NCBI GenBank assembly: GCA_963752595.1
Contig: CAVVYZ010000013.1
Location: 185,222-249,221, forward strand
Reading direction: 5' to 3'
Length of the DNA stretch: 64,000 nucleotides
From: an uncultured delta proteobacterium
GTDB lineage: Bacteria > Desulfobacterota > Desulfomonilia > UBA1062
Position numbers and translations under genes: made by a program. The notes under the pieces were generated by a model, which saw only the letters and a program-made list of their open reading frames with translations, was not told the origin of the DNA and did not search any database. Shown one piece after another: positions 62,105 to 64,000 of this stretch. Every line of letters begins with the position of its first letter. Position 1 is the stretch's first letter.

Positions 62105-63261
62105 ATGCTGGGGAAGGAAAAGCGACAAGCCCTGCTGGTCCTGGAGGATGGGACCGTTTACCGGGGAAAGGCCTTTGCCGGGCAGGGGGAGGTCCTGGGC
62201 GAGGTCGTCTTCAACACGGGGATGACCGGCTACCAGGAGATCCTGACCGATCCCTCCTACAAGGGGCAGATCGTCGCGATGACCTACCCGCTCATCGGCA
62301 ACACCGGGATCAACCCGGAGGACATGGAGTCGGCCGGCATCCATCTCGAGGGATTCATCGTCCGGGAGTACGAGGAGTATGCCGAGCAACTGGCGCTCCC
62401 GGCAGAGACCTGAAGTCGTTCCTGGAGCGGCACGGCAAGCTCGGGGTGGAGGGGATCGACACCCGGGCGCTGACCCGGCGCATCCGGATCACCGGCGCGA
62501 TGCGGGGCGTCCTGTCCACGGAGACGGCGGACGTCGAGACCCTCCTCCGAACGCGTCCGCGCCTACCCGGGCCTGGTCGGCCGGGATCTCGTGAAGGAGG
62601 TCACCTGCCGGGAGCCCTACCACTGGAAGGACGGGGCGCACGTGTGAATGCGGTAGACATTCAAGACCCAGGACCTGACCCCGTCGGCCGGCGGCGGGTG
62701 GTGGTCCTGGACTGCGGCGTCAAGTACAACATCCTGCGGAACCTGGAGAAGCGGGGCTGCGAGGTCCTCGTCCTGCCGGCCACGGCGACGGGGGAGGAGA
62801 TCCTGGCCCTTCGGCCCGACGGGGTTCTGCTCTCCAACGGGCCCGGGGATCCGGCGGCCCTCCCGTATATCGTGGAAGCGGTCCGGGCGATCCTGGGAAA
62901 GGTCCCGATCTTCGGCATCTGTCTGGGCCACCAGATCCTGGGTCAGGCGGTCGGCGGCCGGACGGCGAAGCTCAAGTTCGGCCATCACGGGATCAACCAG
63001 CCCGTGAAGAACTGCCGGAACGGCCGGGTCGAGATCACCTCCCAGAACCACGGGTTCGTGGTCCTGCCCGAATCCCTCTCCGGGGAGAGGGAGACGGTGC
63101 ACGGAAATCTCAACGACCACACCTCCGAGGGGATCTGCTACCCGGCGCTCACGGCCTTCAGCGTCCAGTACCACCCCGAGGCGGCGCCGGGTCCGCACGA
63201 CGCGGATTATCTGTTCGACGAGTTCATCACGCCATCGATCGAGAAGGGTGAGTCCTGCTGA
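62105..63261 (+). CDS. carA: Carbamoyl-phosphate synthase small subunit, frameshifted in this sequence
   Basis: [78 protein letters not shown]. Confidence 0.93.
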
Positions 63262-63305
63262 GAGAGCCTCTGTCCGGGCCTATTATAAAAAAAGGAGCGA
63301 TAACC

Positions 63306-64000
63306 GTGATCCTGATCATCGATTTCGGATCCCAGTACAACCAGCTCATCGCCCGGCGCGTCCGGGAACACCAGGTCTACTGCCAGATCGAACCGCCGGG
63401 GATCGGCCTCGAAAAGATCCGCGCGCTCAAGCCCGAGGGGATCATCCTCTCCGGCGGCCCCGCCTCGATCTACGAGGCGCGATCGCCGCGGGTGGACAAG
63501 GGGATCTTCGATCTCGGGATCCCGATCCTCGGGATCTGCTACGGCCTGCAGTTCATGGTCGACGCCCTGGGGGGCGAGGTCGTCGGGGCGGACAAGCGGG
63601 AATACGGCTTCGCGGAACTGATCGTCAAGAAGGCGGGGAGGCTTTTCGCCGGCGTGGGGAAAAGGACGCGCTGCTGGATGAGCCACGGCGATCAGATCGG
63701 CCGGCTCCCGGAGGGCTTCACGATCACCGCCTCCACCGAGAATACCGAGGTGGCCGCCGCCGAGGACGCCAAGCGGCGGTTCTACGGCCTCCAGTTCCAT
63801 CCGGAGGTGGTCCATACGGTCGAAGGGAAGAAGATCCTGGAGAACTTCCTTTTCGGCGTCTGCCGCTGCGCGAAGAGCTGGACGATGAAATGCCTTCGTC
63901 CGGGACGCCATCGCCGAGATCCGTGAGACCGTCGGCGACAAACGGGTGGTCTTCGGGCTCTCGGGGGGGGTGGACTCCTCCGTCGCGGCGGTCCTCCTCC
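63306..64000 (+). CDS. guaA: GMP synthase (glutamine-hydrolysing), 5' part; runs off the window
   Basis: [46 protein letters not shown], and after an indel near 63890 [10 protein letters not shown]. Confidence 0.95.

Noticed and set aside
4430-63900. Programmed frameshifting or phase variation as the cause of the split genes
   Set aside because: Breaks are numerous, occur in unrelated and housekeeping genes, and share no slippery motif. Sequencing error is more parsimonious.

Overview
GC-rich bacterial chromosomal segment. Gene content suggests an anaerobic deltaproteobacterium-like organism (Desulfobacterota/Syntrophales); this is an inference. There is no rRNA, tRNA, CRISPR array, transposase or integrase. 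Many genes, including housekeeping carA and guaA, are broken by single-base indels, so most frameshifts are treated as long-read or assembly errors rather than pseudogenes. In order, the window holds: hisD (3' part), an acyl-CoA ligase, a giant cyclic beta-1,2-glucan synthase, two serine-hydrolase lipoproteins, a Cys-motif secreted orphan, a MinD/FlhG-like ATPase + HPD-less J-domain/RodZ-type HTH + SPOR module, a PAS histidine kinase, an FAH-family enzyme, polX-PHP, a ferredoxin, an apparent amidohydrolase-papain (C1A) fusion, TauE, an RCC1-repeat lipoprotein and prfC. Next come an organic-acid uptake/catabolic cluster (Ldh_2, cupin, two D-2-hydroxyacid dehydrogenases, HpcH aldolase, TctBAC), an FHA-HD-GYP protein, a solitary attC site with AT-rich cassette-like DNA beside a histone H1-like gene, and ThiF + ubiquitin-like MoaD. 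The window ends with a sigma54/NifA-like nitrogen-assimilation block (split glutamate synthase, GSIII, GSI, carA, guaA) with visible -24/-12 promoters and a repeated ACA-N4-TGT enhancer-like motif. The best candidates for undescribed biology are the amidohydrolase-C1 protease fusion, the MinD/J-like-HTH/SPOR module, the FHA-HD-GYP protein, the sigma54 glutamine regulon and several structured intergenic RNAs.
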